A DNA stretch of 64,000 bases from Eledone cirrhosa (GCA_964016885.1 OZ024765.1:9858001-9922000), one strand, 5' to 3'; shown: positions 25,732 through 40,572, counted from the first letter of the stretch. Notes: generated by a model from the letters alone, not told the origin. Numbers and translations: made by a program.

Positions 25732-26110
25732 GGTTGAATCCACTCCAGCCATGACCACCGTGTTTATATTTCAGACAGTGATATCCTGTATGTCCTTCCT
25801 TTTATAAAGACGATAGACCGTCGCATGAGGGAGATTTAACTCCTATTTCTAGCAGATCGGGTGAGCTAATGGTGGTTGGATGAATAGTGTAGTGTCGTGG
25901 TATTTCTCTGTGTGTGTATAAACGTGTATATGTATGTAGTGTCGTGGTGTATATATATATATATAAGACAAAAGCAAAATTAACGGATGTAAATAAAGAA
26001 ATAAATCCACGTATACACGATCACACACATACACACACACACGTGCATAAAATGCCTACGCGCACACACTCTCTCACATGTAGAAATTGTACATGTACAT
26101 ACATATGCAT

Positions 26111-26150
<40 letters not shown>

Positions 26151-26196
26151 GTAAAAGAAATCAAAGAACGCCTACATACTCATACAATTTTTATTT

Positions 26197-26241
26197 GCTG
26201 ACAATGTTTCATCCATACCATGGGGCAGGAATCATCAGAGC
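26197..26241 (-). ncRNA. Hammerhead ribozyme (single-copy family)
   Basis: rc: GCT-CTGATGA-TTCCTGCCCCATGGTATGGAT-GAAA-CATTG-TC/AGC-AAATAAA. Confidence 0.7.
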
Positions 26242-26475
26242 TTTATAAACAAAAATACAGTGCTGAGTATAAGCTCTACCAAGCTTAGTCACATGAACAT
26301 TAGAAATACAGTAGAGGGTAACAAGAGGAAATGGCGAGTATGGAGAGGGTGCATAGTGGGGTTGTTATTCAGCACTACAGCTATATGCTAGGGTACAGGC
26401 AGTTTTTTTTACACAAGATGCGGAAGCACGTGAGGGCACACAAAAGCAAAAAGTATAAACAATAGTTAAAACATA

Positions 26476-26876
26476 TAATTGTTTCTACTTTTTGGCACAA
26501 GGCCAGCAATTACCCAGTATATCGCTGGTACTTTATTTTATCGACCCCGTAAGGATGAAAGGCAAAGTTAACCTCGACGGGATTTGAACTCAGACCGTAA
26601 AGGGACGTAACTATGCTAGAAAGCATGGCGTCCAACCCTCTACCGATACTGCCAATTCACCGCCCTCAAAACATATAATAATAAAGTAAAAGAAAAATAA
26701 TTGTTTCTACTTTAGGCACAAGGCCAGCAATTTCCCAGTACATTACTGGTACTTTATTTTATCGACCCCGTAAGGATGAAAGGCAAAGTCAACCTCGGCG
26801 GGATTTGAACTCAGATCGTTAAGGGACGTAACTATGCTGGAAAGCATGGCGTCCGACCCTGTACCGATACTGCCAG
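26476..26876 (-). mobile_element. Two tandem S1 SINEs
   Basis: Copies at 26476-26663 and 26697-26876. Confidence 0.85.
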
Positions 26877-27002
26877 TAATAATATATATTAATAAATGGA
26901 ATTTCAACTTTGTCTGATTTACTCGTTTTATTTATAATCCTTTAAAATTATAATGATATTATAATGAAATAGTATGGTAGAATATTAAGATTGACTTTGT
27001 TT

Positions 27003-27051
27003 GTTTCAGAAGATCCCGTTAAGGGTAAAAGCAGCGATTCTTTGCTTAAAC
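27003..27051 (+). ncRNA. Family D hammerhead-like motif (G12 mutated)
   Basis: GTTT-CAGAAGA-TCCCGTTAAGGGT-AAAA-GCA...TGC-TT/AAAC. Confidence 0.45.
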
Positions 27052-27076
27052 TTTAATCTGTTATTTAATAAATATA

Positions 27077-27243
27077 TACATGGACACACTAGAAGAGGAA
27101 GACCAAGGTTAACGTATGTTGATGCCCTAAGGACAGACACTGGTCTGTTGGAGACGCAGGACATGGCAGCGATAATAAGGGACAGAGTCCGCTGGAGAGA
27201 ACTCGTCCATGGATCTCGGGAATTTTACCCGCCTTAGATAGAT
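27077..27243 (+). mobile_element. RTE LINE 3' fragment with TAGA tail
   Basis: HGHTRRGRPRLTYVDALRTDTGLLETQDMAAIIRDRVRWRELVHGSREFYPP*. Confidence 0.85.
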
Positions 27244-27347
27244 ATATATATATATATATATATATATGTACGTTATTCCGGGTTGAATCGGAGGTAACAA
27301 CAGTAAGTAAGGTACTCAATACATAGCAGAGTATAAAAGTTTTACAG

Positions 27348-27396
27348 GATTCCTGATGATTTCTAATGAATGAAACAGTTCTAGTCCTGTAGAATC
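27348..27396 (+). ncRNA. Hammerhead ribozyme, family A (preceded by inverted 3' region 27268-27343)
   Basis: GATTC-CTGATGA-TTTCTAATGAAT-GAAA-CAG-TTCTAGTC-CTG-TA/GAATC. Confidence 0.8.
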
Positions 27397-27610
27397 TCAT
27401 CTATATTAAAACTTATATATATATATATATATGCGCGCGCGTGTGTGTGTGTGTGTGTGTGCGTGTGTGCGTGTGCGTGTGCGTGTGCGTGTGCGTGTGT
27501 GTGTATACGTATATTATATACATATACATATATATTTGTCTGTCTGTCTGTCTATTTATCTGTCTATCTGTCTGTCTGTCTATTTGTCTGTCTGTCTGTC
27601 TGTCTATCTA

Positions 27611-27656
<46 letters not shown>

Positions 27657-27722
27657 AGCTTTACTCAACTCCGTTCACAATCTCTTCATCATATTTTCAT
27701 CACCACACAATCGTCACGCACA

Positions 27723-27927
27723 TGACGTCAGATATTAGACACGCCTCCTTTTTGCTTTTATACATATTTCTAAAGACTGCCAATAAACCACAGCAGCCAA
27801 TGAGCGTCGTTCATGGATGTCATTCATTCTCTGTTACTCCTCCTCCTCCTTCAACCCGTCGTCACTTCGCCTGTAACTCCACTCTTACTATCACTCTCCT
27901 TTAACGCTCCTCCCACTCCATGGCCGC
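27723..27927. promoter_or_regulatory. Candidate promoter/enhancer motif cluster
   Basis: Perfect CRE TGACGTCA at 27723-27730, CCAAT boxes at 27780 and 27797 (AGCCAATGAG), and YY1-like CCATGGCCGC at 27918. Motif matches only. Confidence 0.3.
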
Positions 27928-28112
27928 AAGCCACCTCCCACCACTTAACATAACGTCTATTTAGCGAAATCTTGTTACATCCATACGTGTTTAAATTCCT
28001 CATAATTCTTAACAAGGCAGAAGAAAACAGACAGTCTTATATAACCAGCCAGGACTGGCGCTACCAATAAAGTCTACTTGGCAGCCACATAGGGCGCATT
28101 AATAATTATTAT

Positions 28113-28280
28113 TCGGTGGATTGGCAGTATCGGTAGAGGGTCGGACGCCATGTTTTGCAGCAAAGAGTTACGTCCCTTTACGGATTGAGTTCAAATTTCC
28201 GCCTTTCATCCTTACGGGGTCGATAAAATAAAGTACTGGGATAAATTGCTGGCCTTGTGCCCAAAGTAGAAACAATTATT
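28113..28280 (+). mobile_element. SINE family S1
   Basis: Head, B-box and core with small deletions. Confidence 0.8.
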
Positions 28281-28499
28281 GTTTAATCATACGATTAAAC
28301 AATAAAAATAATAATTAAATAATTAAACTATACGAATCGGTATTCTCGGACCTTTGTGCGATGAGAATATATATATATATAGAGAGAGAGAGGTATTGAA
28401 GTTTCCGTTGAAAATTGAAAAAGTCATAGGAGTGAAGAGTGCTCTATGTAAGTACCAGAGCAAAATTTAATGTATAATAAACAATACAATATAATTACC

Positions 28500-28563
28500 T
28501 CATTACCAGAGGTTTCCCGAATAAGACGAATACGAAAAACGTCCTCATTCGTTCGTCGGACAA
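28500..28563 (-). ncRNA. Hammerhead-like motif, family J (U4C core)
   Basis: rc: TTGT-CCGACGA-ACGAATGAGGACG...CGTCTTATTCGG-GAAA-CC-TCT-GG-TA/ATGA. Related to 51503-51564. Confidence 0.55.
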
Positions 28564-28723
28564 TGCAGAATTGCCTTGTCCGACGAACGAATGAGGTAAT
28601 TATATTGTATTGTTTATTATATATATATATATATAATGAAAAATTGAACAGGGACAGAACAGAGAGGCAGTACGATAAATGTTTATTAAATTCACGCTCA
28701 GGAGAGTGGGGGGTAGGTGGGGG

Positions 28724-28755
28724 ACGACGTTTCGGGCATAAGCCCTTCTTCAGGT
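28724..28755 (-). ncRNA. Minimal Penelope-type hammerhead ribozyme
   Basis: rc: AC-CTGAAGA-AGGGC-TTAT-GCCC-GAAA-CG-TC/GT. An ACGT palindrome replaces stem III, and AATAAA lies downstream. Confidence 0.7.
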
Positions 28756-29088
28756 GAGAAGTGTGTGGGAACAGAGTTCAAAAGGTGTTCTTTTGGTACA
28801 AGGCCACCAATTATCCCAGTGTATTACTGGTACTTTATTTTATCTAGCCCGTAATGATGAAAGGCAAAGCTAACTTTTAATAAACGAAAGATATATACTT
28901 TATATCATCTCTATTTATTTCATTACATATTTTTAATGCGATGAAATACCAATGATCGTTGGCAAATCACTGATGAGGGACTAATTTTATAATATGTAAT
29001 CCATGTGCAACCATACAGTATTCTTCTCCCCATATTTTTCATATATATATATATATATATAAATGTGTATATATATATATATATATAA

Positions 29089-29123
<35 letters not shown>

Positions 29124-29189
29124 CGTTATTCCGGGTTGAATCGGAGATAACCACAGTAAGTAAGGTACTCAATACATAGCAGAATCTCA

Positions 29190-29225
<36 letters not shown>

Positions 29226-29254
29226 TAAATGTGTGTATATATATATATATATAA

Positions 29255-29463
<209 letters not shown>

Positions 29464-29549
29464 GTGTATATATATATATAAATGTGTATATATATATATA
29501 TAAATGTGTATATATATATATATATATAAATGTGTATATATATATATAA

Positions 29550-29581
<32 letters not shown>

Positions 29582-29599
29582 ATGTGTGTATATATACAC

Positions 29600-29637
<38 letters not shown>

Positions 29638-29971
29638 GTGTATATATATATATAAATGTGTATATATACACACATTTATATATATATATATATATATAAA
29701 TGTGTATATATATATATATATAAATGTGTATATATATATATAAATGTGTGTATATATATATATATATATATAAATGTGTGTATATATACACATTTATATA
29801 TATATATATATATATATAAACACAAATGGTGATATGTTCAAGCACATAGATGCTATAAAATAGCTTAAATAATAGGATGGGAACCCTTAAAAGATCTCAT
29901 TTAACGGTCTTCCGTCTTCACCCTATTTTATAAGATTTTATAACACCAATCATCCTATATATTTATATATA

Positions 29972-30161
29972 ATAATTGTTTCTACTATTGGCACAAGGCC
30001 AGCAATTACCCCAGTGTATTACTGGTACTTTATTTTATCGACCCCGTAAGGATGAAAGGCAAAGTCAACCTCGGCGCGATGTGAACTCAGTCCGTAAAAG
30101 GACGTAACTATGCTGCAAAGCATAACGTCCGACCCTCTACCGATACTGCCAATCCACCGCC
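29972..30161 (-). mobile_element. SINE family S1, full length
   Basis: The reverse complement starts GGCGGTGGATTGGCAGTATCGGTAGAG. Confidence 0.85.
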
Positions 30162-30164
30162 CTA

Positions 30165-30320
<156 letters not shown>

Positions 30321-30322
30321 AG

Positions 30323-30441
<119 letters not shown>

Positions 30442-30512
30442 CAAATTCCAAAAATAATGGTCGCTTCTAATAGGGTACGTCAAAATTATTTATAAAACTG
30501 TTTATATATTGT

Positions 30513-30575
30513 ATTTTGTCTGATGAAGGCATACCATATTTTAATTTGGTATCCCTGAAATATGTATAATGAAAT
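30513..30575 (+). ncRNA. Hammerhead ribozyme, family E
   Basis: ATTTTGT-CTGATGA-AGGCATACCA...TGGTATCCCT-GAAA-TATGTA-TA/ATGAAAT-AAA. Confidence 0.7.
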
Positions 30576-30617
30576 AAATATGGTTTTATAAATATAGTTT
30601 CCATTTATTTAATATCG

Positions 30618-30663
<46 letters not shown>

Positions 30664-30678
30664 ATATATATATAATAT

Positions 30679-30720
<42 letters not shown>

Positions 30721-30840
30721 CTGTGCTGGACCTATAAGCTAAATAAGCTGTAGCTTAAGACCACCCATATTCGGGGGCATCATCTAAAAAATATATATTT
30801 GTCTTATTATTAGTTTTTATTTCTTAACACTAAATCATGA

Positions 30841-30879
<39 letters not shown>

Positions 30880-30977
30880 TATAGGAAAATGTTCAGGACC
30901 CCGACGGCAGAACTCCAGCCGTTTCGTCGGCTATTTCTGGGCGGCTGGAGCTCTGTGGTCGGGGTCCTGAACCTTTT

Positions 30978-31027
<50 letters not shown>

Positions 31028-31037
31028 TATATATATA

Positions 31038-31230
31038 GTATTAAGGCTAAATAGTGAGTCTTGTTACTGTGGAGTTTCGCCTGTTTATCACAGGGTCATC
31101 AGGCAAAAACGTTCTAGTCTGATGATCCTGTGATAAACAGGCAAAACTCCAAAGTAACAAGATTAACAATTTATTCTTAATAAAATGAATATTCAATCTC
31201 TACTTCGGTGTCGAGGACTTTTTTCTGTCA
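31038..31230. mobile_element. Family H fold-back insert with a hammerhead core on each arm
   Basis: Minus 31059-31102 reads CTGATGA-CCCTGTGATAAACAGGC-GAAA-CT-CCAC-AG-TA/ACAAGA. The plus copy from 31119 has G12A, and the 5' strand of stem I is lost. Confidence 0.65.
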
Positions 31231-31396
31231 GCTGTCAACCACATACGGATACATATGCATATATACATACATATATACATAGTAATAATAATAAAATTGA
31301 AGACTAAAATCCAAAGAGGGCTCGATAAGGAAAATATATATCAAATATATAAGAACCGTAGAGCAAATATACATGTATACATACATATATATATAT

Positions 31397-32003
31397 GTCA
31401 GGTCACCAGTTGGTGCTACTGGTAACATGTATCCCAGTACAACCTGTCCCATGGTCGGGTCGTTGGCGACTAAACTGGCAACCCCACCAAGGTTTCTTGG
31501 TGAGGAGGGTGACTTTGGACATCCTGCAGGACTAAAAACAAAACCTGTCAAAGGGCAAAGGAGCTCTTAAGAGTCAATGGCCATCCAAAATCACCGGGAG
31601 AGATGACCCCTTAGCCTTTGTCAAGGCAGAATTCTAGGAGAAGGAAAACTCTGATATCACACCTGCAACCCTGATGATATCCAATGATGTTGACTTGTTC
31701 TTCTTTTTGGTAAATATCATCTTGGTTAAGAGAGTGGGACTGGCTTTGTGCAGTGCCTTTGCTCACTATAAAAACTTCACGGCACAGGCATTGCTTTATA
31801 TCTGGAGATCTCTCTGCACTTGTCGTCACATGGTACCATGGGCCCAGCACTATGTGTCAATAATTGTCACATGTGTAGTGTTTGTACCAAAGTTTTCAAG
31901 TCGCTGGCCGGACTGAAAAGTCACACTCGTTCAGCGCATCGGTAGGGGTCCTCCTACATGGATATAAAGTAGTGGCCGTACTCGAAAACGAGTTGGCAGC
32001 CAC
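31397..32003. mobile_element. RTE-like LINE 5' region
   Basis: CTAGGAGAAGGAAAACTCTGA (about 31633-31654) resembles RTE 5' UTR motifs, from memory. It is a GC-balanced island flanked by (TA)n. Confidence 0.4.
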
Positions 32004-32753
32004 CATATATATATATATATGTATACAATGTTTAGAAAACGTAAGAGAAACACAAACATCAGGAAAATTCCGGCTCTTCGGCTGTCTAGTGTGGGTGTCG
32101 TTGATGTGTTGACGCATTAAAGACAGTACATCTCACCACAGTGCGTTAATAACTAAGAGGAATAGTTATTAGGGAAGAAAAAACAAAAAAAAAACAACAA
32201 AAAAACACAGACGATAGCGAAGAGAACGACAGAAAAAGAAAATAAACACGAGACAGAAGTACACGGTATGACAGGCTTGGACAATTGGGGTCGACTAGAA
32301 AATTAAAAACCCTACTCTCTCCAACAACGCCACCGTGAGAGCTGCGACATCTGTATGATGTGGAAAATATTCCATTAATATTACCCAAATGTCGTTAGGA
32401 TCATCTTTAAAATCTACCCAAGACTTGGTCTCGTGCTATCCACCTACTAGAAAAATCAAACTCGCATCTCGTAGCAACCATAAAACACAATGTAACTTCC
32501 ATCAATTTTGATCGCCCTGCACTTTTTTATACACCTGTCGTCTTTCATGCGCATCACATGACCATACCAACGTAGTCAAAACATAAGTGAACTAAGTGCG
32601 AAATTTGGAATAAGGGGGATCAGATGCTGTTACTTGAGAGAAGACTACGTTGGTATATATATATATGTAAAAGGTAAACAGAAATAACAACACAATCGGT
32701 ACTGTATAAGGAAGGTATATATTAGGGTAACCCTTGAAATAGCAGGAAGAGAG

Positions 32754-32789
32754 TCTTAACGTTTCGGACGCTAGTCCTTCGTCAGGAGA
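32754..32789 (-). ncRNA. Minimal hammerhead ribozyme, family G
   Basis: rc: TCTC-CTGACGA-AGGAC-TAGC-GTCC-GAAA-CG-TT/AAGA. The element spans about 32668-32820, with a homolog at 54911. Confidence 0.75.
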
Positions 32790-32901
32790 AAGAATGAGAA
32801 ATAAGATAGATTGAAGGGACGGACAGGGTGGAATTGGAAAAAATGACTTTAGATAAAAATAACAGGTCCATTCATGTTGACATCTCTTGGATATATATAT
32901 A

Positions 32902-33118
32902 GGCGCGTGGCTGGGTGGTTAGAGAATTGGAGATTCGCAATCGTGAGGTTGTGTGTTCGATTCCCGGACCGGGCGGTGCGTTATGTCCTTGAGCAAGACA
33001 CTTTATTTCACGTTACTCCTTCTACCTGGAGTTGCGACCGATAGATAGTATTAGCAATTGGAAATGGCAATGGAAACATTGTTTCCTCGGTCCGATTTGA
33101 CGAAAAGTCGATCGACTG
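32902..33118 (+). mobile_element. tRNA-derived CORE-like SINE variant S3
   Basis: GGCGCGTGGCTGGGTGGTTAGAG...GTTCGATTCCC...TCCTTGAGCAAGACACTTTATTTC with a distinct tail. A second copy lies at 45811-46020. Confidence 0.75.
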
Positions 33119-33219
33119 TCGATATACTGCAACTACCAATATCTTCACACTAGTTATCGTCTGTCGTTACAGATATGTCTGATATACATCATGTGACTTT
33201 TCTTCCTCCTCCTCCTCGC

Positions 33220-34630
33220 CAACATCACTACCACCAACACCACCACCAACACTACCATCATCACAACCATAACCACCACCACCACCAACACTAACACTAC
33301 CATCACCACCAACACCAACACTAACACCACCATCATCACAACCATAACCACCACCACCACCAACACTAACACTACCATCACCACCACCACCAACACTAAC
33401 ACTACCATCATCACAACCATAACCACCACAACCACCACCAACACTACCATCATCACAACCATAACCACCACCATCACCACCAACACCAACACTACCATCA
33501 TCACAACCATAACCACCACCAACACTAACACTACCATCACTACCAACACCAACACTAACACTACCATCATCACAACCATAACCACCACCACCACCAACAC
33601 TAACACTACCATCACCACCACCACCAACACTAACACTACCATCATCACAACCATAACCACCACAACCACCACCAACACTACCATCATCACAACCATAACC
33701 ACCACCATCACCACCAACACCAACACTACCATCATCACAACCATAACCATCACCACCAACACCAACACCACCATCACCACCAACACCAACACTACCATCA
33801 CCACAACCATAACCATCACCACCAACACCAACACCACCATCACCACCAACACCAACACTACCATCACCACCAACACCAACACTAACACTACCATCATCAC
33901 AACCATAACCACCACCACCAACACCAACACCAACACTACCATCATCACAACCATAACCACCACCACCAACACCAACACCAACACCACCATCATCACAACC
34001 ATAACCACCACCACCAACACCAACACCAACACTACCATCATCACAACCATAACCACCACCACCAACACCAACACCAACACCACCATCATCACAACCATAA
34101 CCACCACCACCAACACCAACACCAACACTACCATCATCACAACCATAACCACCACCATCACCACCAACACCAACACTACCATCATCACAACCATAACCAC
34201 CACCACCACCAACACTAACACTACCATCACCACCAACACCAACACTAACACCACCATCATCACAACCATAACCACCACCACCACCACCAACACTAACACT
34301 ACCACCACCACCACCACCAACACTAACACTACCATCATCACAACCATAACCACCACCACCAACACCAACACTACCATCACCACAACCATAACCACCATCA
34401 CCACCAACACCAACACTACCATCATCACAACCATAACCACCATCACCACCAACACCAACACTACCATCACCACCAACACCAACACTAACACCACCATCAT
34501 CACAACCATAGCCACCACCACCACCACCAACACTAACACTACCACCACCACCAACACTAACACCACCACCATCATCACAACCATAACCACCATCATGACC
34601 AACGCCATTACAATCCCCACCATCACCACC
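33220..34630. repeat. Complex (ACC/AAC/ATC) trinucleotide-frame minisatellite
   Basis: Recurring AACACTACCATCATCACAACCATAACCACC blocks explain the 520-aa V/M/L ORF. Confidence 0.9.
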
Positions 34631-34795
34631 AGAAACTCTTTGACAGTTTCTTCCGAACCAATTCCTTGTTCCTCCTCTAATATGAATCTCAGACTCTCGG
34701 CACGCCTTCCTTTCACTCCCTCCTCTTTCCTTATACTCCTTCCTCTCTCTCTCTATATCTCTCTCCTCCCTCTGTCACTCTTTCCCCTCACTCTT

Positions 34796-34878
<83 letters not shown>

Positions 34879-35078
34879 GTGAGAGTATGTTTGAGTGAGG
34901 AAAGTGAAAAGCATAGAGATTAAGGAAGGCGTGTACACACTCACCCCCACACATACACACACACATATATGAATCTAAATGTCTCTCTCTCACACACACA
35001 TATATATATATATATACGTAACCCCATCTCTCTCTCACATACACACACACACACATATATACGTACGTATCCCCATCT

Positions 35079-35141
<63 letters not shown>

Positions 35142-35223
35142 GTATCCCCATTTCTCACACAGACACACAAATATATATATGTATCCAAATCGTTCTCTCT
35201 CTATCCCTCACATACACATACAT

Positions 35224-35257
<34 letters not shown>

Positions 35258-35261
<4 letters not shown>

Positions 35262-37790
35262 TTCTCTCTATCTCTCACATACACATATATACACATATAT
35301 ACACATATATATCAAAATTTCTCTCTATCTCTCACATACACATACATACACACACATATATATATCAAAATTTCTCTCTATCTCTCATATACACATACAT
35401 ACACACATATATATATATCAAAATTTCTCTCTATCTCTCACATACACATACATACACACACATATATATATCAAAATTTCTCTCTAGCTCTCACATACAC
35501 ACATAGACACATATATATATATCAAAATTTCTCTCTATCTCTCACATACACATACATACACACATATATATATATCAACATTTCTCTCTATCACTCACAT
35601 ACACATACATACACACATATATATATATCAAAATTTCTCTCTATCTCTCATATACACACATAGACACATATATATATATCAAAATTTCTCTCTATCACTC
35701 ACATACACATACATACACACATATATATATATCAAAATTTCTCTCTATCTCTCATATACACACATAGACACATATATATATATCAAAATTTCTCTCTATC
35801 TCTCACATACACATACATACACACATATATATATATCAAAATTTCTCTCTATCTCTCACATACACACATAGACACATATATATATATATCAAAATTTCTC
35901 TCTATCTCTCATATACACACATAGACATATATATATATCAAAATTTCTCTCTATCACTCACATACACATACATACACACATATATATATATCAAAATTTC
36001 TCTCTATCTCTCATATACACACATAGACACATATATATATATCAAAATTTCTCTCTATCTCTCATATACACACATAGACACATATATATATATCAAAATT
36101 TCTCTCTATCACTCATATACACACATAGATACATATATATATATCAAAATTTCTCTCTATCACTCACATACACATACATACACACATATATATATATCAA
36201 AATTTCTCTCTATCTCTCATATACACACATAGACACATATATATATCAACATTTCTCTCTATCACTCACATACACATACATACACACATATATATATATC
36301 AAAATTTCTCTCTATCTCTCACATACACATATAGACACATATATATATATCAACATTTCTCTCTATCACTCACATACACATACATACACACATATATATA
36401 TATCAAAATTTCTCTCTATCTCTCATATACACACATACACACATATATATATATCAACATTTCTCTCTATCACTCACATACACATACATACACATATATA
36501 TATATCAAAATTTCTCTCTATCACTCACATACACGTATAGACACATATATATATATCAAAATTTCTCTCTATCACTCACATACACATACATACACACATA
36601 TATATATATCAAAATTTCTCTCTATCTCTCACATACACACATAGACACATATATATATATCAAAATTTCTCTCTATCACTCACATACACATACATACACA
36701 CATATATATATATCAAAATTTCTCTCTATCTCTCACATACACACATAGACACATATATATATATCAAAATTTCTCTCTATCACTCACATACACATACATA
36801 CACACATATATATATATCAAAATTTCTCTCTATCTCTCACATACACACATAGACACATATATATATATCAAAATTTCTCTCTATCACTCACATACACATA
36901 CATACACACATATATATATATCAAAATTTCTCTCTATCACTCACATACACATACATACACACATATATATATATCAAAATTTCTCTCTATCTCTCACATA
37001 CACACATAGACACATATATATATATCAAAATTTCTCTCTATCTCTCACATACACATACATACACACATATATATATATCAAAATTTCTCTCTATCTCTCA
37101 CATACACACATAGACACATATATATATATCAAAATTTCTCTCTATCACTCACATACACATACATACACACATATATATATATCAAAATTTCTCTCTATCA
37201 CTCATATACACACATAGTCACATATATATATATCAAAATTTCTCTCTATCACTCATATACACGTATAGACACATATATATATATCAACATTTCTCTCTAT
37301 CACTCACATACACATACACACATATATATATATCAAAATTTCTCTCTATCTCTCACATATACATACATACACACATATATATATATCAAAATTTCTCTCT
37401 ATCTCTCATATACACACATAGACACACATATATATATCAAAATTTCTCTCTATCTCTCATATACACACATAGACATATATATATATCAAAATTTCTCTCT
37501 ATCACTCACATACACATACATACACACATATATATCTATCAAAATTTCTCTCTATCTCTCATATACACATACATACACACATATATATATATCAAAATTT
37601 CTCTCTATCTCTCATATACACACATAGACATATATATATATCAAAATTTCTCTCTATCACTCACATACACATACATACACACATATATATATATCAAAAT
37701 TTCTCTCTATCTCTCACATACACATACATACACACATATATATATATCAAAATTTCTCTCTATCTCTCATATACACATATATAGACACAC
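35258..37790. repeat. ~51-53-bp minisatellite, roughly 48 units
   Basis: ATCAAAATTTCTCTCTATCTCTCACATACACATACATACACACATATATATAT units. Confidence 0.95.
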
Positions 37791-37880
37791 ATATGTATTC
37801 AAATTTCGCTCTATTTCCCACATACACATACATACACATATTTCTATATTTCCTATTCTCTTTAATGTTAGTTAGTTTTT

Positions 37881-38126
37881 AGCAGACGACATTTCAGAAA
37901 AAAAGAATCGCTGAATCAGATTCAACATATGGCCGCCGCCTCGTCTTCTATAATACCTCTCCTTCCCCCCCCCCTCTTTCTCTGTTACCCTCTCTTACTC
38001 CTACTCTTCGGCATTCAATTTGTCACCCCTCCTTCTCATCGCTCACTCACTCACCTCCTTACTCTGTCTCTTTCACTCCCACCACCTCTCTCTGCCGGTC
38101 GTTCACCAATCACAATACTCCGCCCG
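37881..38126. promoter_or_regulatory. Candidate cis-regulatory cluster
   Basis: AGCAGACGACA at 37881, YY1-like CATATGGCCGCC near 37926, CCAATCA near 38106 and GC box CTCCGCCC near 38118. Confidence 0.3.
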
Positions 38127-38199
38127 TCATCCCCCTTGTCTCAGCAGCTCCTAATCTGTCTCTCACATATTATCACCGTTACACCTTTCTCTCACACTT

Positions 38200-39090
38200 C
38201 CTCTCCTCTTTTTTCCCTCTCTCACTCACTCTTACACACTCTCTCTCTCTCTCCTCCGCGTCCCTCTCTCACCCTTTTTACATACTCTCCTTTTTTCTCT
38301 CTCACTGTCTCCTACACATTCACTCTCTCTCTCCCTCTCTCCTCTCCTCTCGGTCCCTCTTTCACTCGTACACACTCCCTCTCCTTTTTGTCCCTCTCTC
38401 ACTCTCTTCTACACATTCACTCCCGCTCACCCTCACACACTCTCTCTCTCTCTCCTCCGCATCCCTCACTCTTTTTACACACTTTCCTTTTTGTCCCTCT
38501 CTCTCACACTCTCTTTCTTTCCTCACTCCTCCTCTCTTAACTTCACTCAATTTTTTTCACGCTAACATACGCCCCTCCTCTATCCTTACCCTCAACTGTC
38601 TCTCTCTACTGTCTCTCTATCTTTCTACTCACTCTCCACTTCCTCATATCTCTTGCTTTTTCTTCACTCCTTACTATCTCTCCTTCTCTCTCTCACTCCA
38701 CCCACTCCTCGCTGTCTCTCTCTTCTTCTCCTCCCTCTCACTCTAATTTCCTTCCCTATCTCTTGCTTTTTCCTCACTCCTCACCGTCTCTCTCAACTTA
38801 CTCCACCCAGTCTCTCTCTCTCTCTCCTTCTCTCTCCTTCTCTCTCTCACACTCTTTCTTCACTGTCTCTCCCTTCTCCTTCTGCCCACCCTCTCTCATG
38901 CTCTTTCCTCACCGTCTCTTCTTTCTTCTCTCCCTCTCTCTCTCACACACTCTTTCCTCACCGTCTCTTGCTTCTCCCCTCTCTCTCTCCCTCTCTCTCA
39001 CGCTCTTTCCTCACTGTCTCTCCCTTCTCCCCTCTCCCATCACTCTCTATCTTTCTCTCGCTCTTCCCTCACTCCTCCTCTCTCAAACTT
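38200..39090. repeat. CT-rich low-complexity region
   Basis: Seen directly. Confidence 0.9.
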
Positions 39091-39505
39091 CCCTCGATCT
39101 TATTATTATTATTATTATTATTATTAACATTTTTTTTTTTTTCATTGTTATTCATTTTATTTTGCTATCCCTTTTCCCTCTGTTTTTGAAAAGTCGTCTG
39201 CCACTAAATAAGACATCGTTTAATTTTACAGCGTCCCTGTTTTCCCTCACATACAGCATAGGAGTAAGCAAGGTTTGGTACATTCTTCAAACTGGAAACA
39301 TTTTCAAGAAATTACCTTTAACATTTTTGTGGTGACCACATAATTTCTGTCCCAGGTGGAAAAAATATATACACTAAAAAAAAAAAATCAAAAAAAAATC
39401 AAAAAAAAATCTTGATATGTTTTGAAAAATTGAGAAAAAAGAAAATTCCAATAGAGGAACGTGGAACGAAATCAAGCAGAGACAAGAAAAAAAATATATA
39501 TATAA

Positions 39506-39589
<84 letters not shown>

Positions 39590-39594
39590 TATAT

Positions 39595-39762
39595 ACTAGA
39601 CGGCTACCCGGCGTTACTAGTGATATATTAGAAGAAAAATTCGAGAAAATTGTTTTTAAAAAAATGAAGAGGAACGAAAACGAGCAAAGACTCGTATATA
39701 TATAAAAATATATATATATAATAAAATATTTTATATATATATATAGTAAAATAAAACATTGA

Positions 39763-39793
<31 letters not shown>

Positions 39794-39812
39794 TATACAT
39801 ATATATACATAT

Positions 39813-39844
<32 letters not shown>

Positions 39845-39859
39845 CATATATATACATAT

Positions 39860-39893
<34 letters not shown>

Positions 39894-39927
39894 CATAAAC
39901 TATATATATATAAATATACATATATAT

Positions 39928-39967
<40 letters not shown>

Positions 39968-39997
39968 TATAATATATATATAAATATACATATATAT

Positions 39998-40043
<46 letters not shown>

Positions 40044-40102
40044 TATAATATATATATATATATATAAATATATATATATAATATATATAATATATATATA
40101 TA

Positions 40103-40136
<34 letters not shown>

Positions 40137-40572
40137 CACATATATATAATATATATATATAATATAAATATATATAATATATATATATAAATATTTATAT
40201 ACATACATATAATATATATATACCTATAATATATATATATAAATATATATATATAAATATATATATATATAATATATATAGTAATTATAAATTTGGAGAC
40301 TAAAATCCAAAGAGGGCTCGATAAGGATAAATATATATCAAATATATAAAAACCGTAGAGCAAATATTTATCTTTAATCTGTTATTTTAATATATATATA
40401 TATATAATAAAATATATATATATATAATAAAATAAAATATATATATATATATAATAAAATAAAATATATATATATATATAATAAAATAAAATATATATAT
40501 ATATATATAATAAAATAAAATATATATATATATATAATAAAATAAAAAATATATATATATATAATAAAATAA

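Noticed and set aside
33154-34716. 520-aa hydrophobic ORF
   Set aside because: It is the antisense reading of an ACC/AAC/ATC minisatellite.
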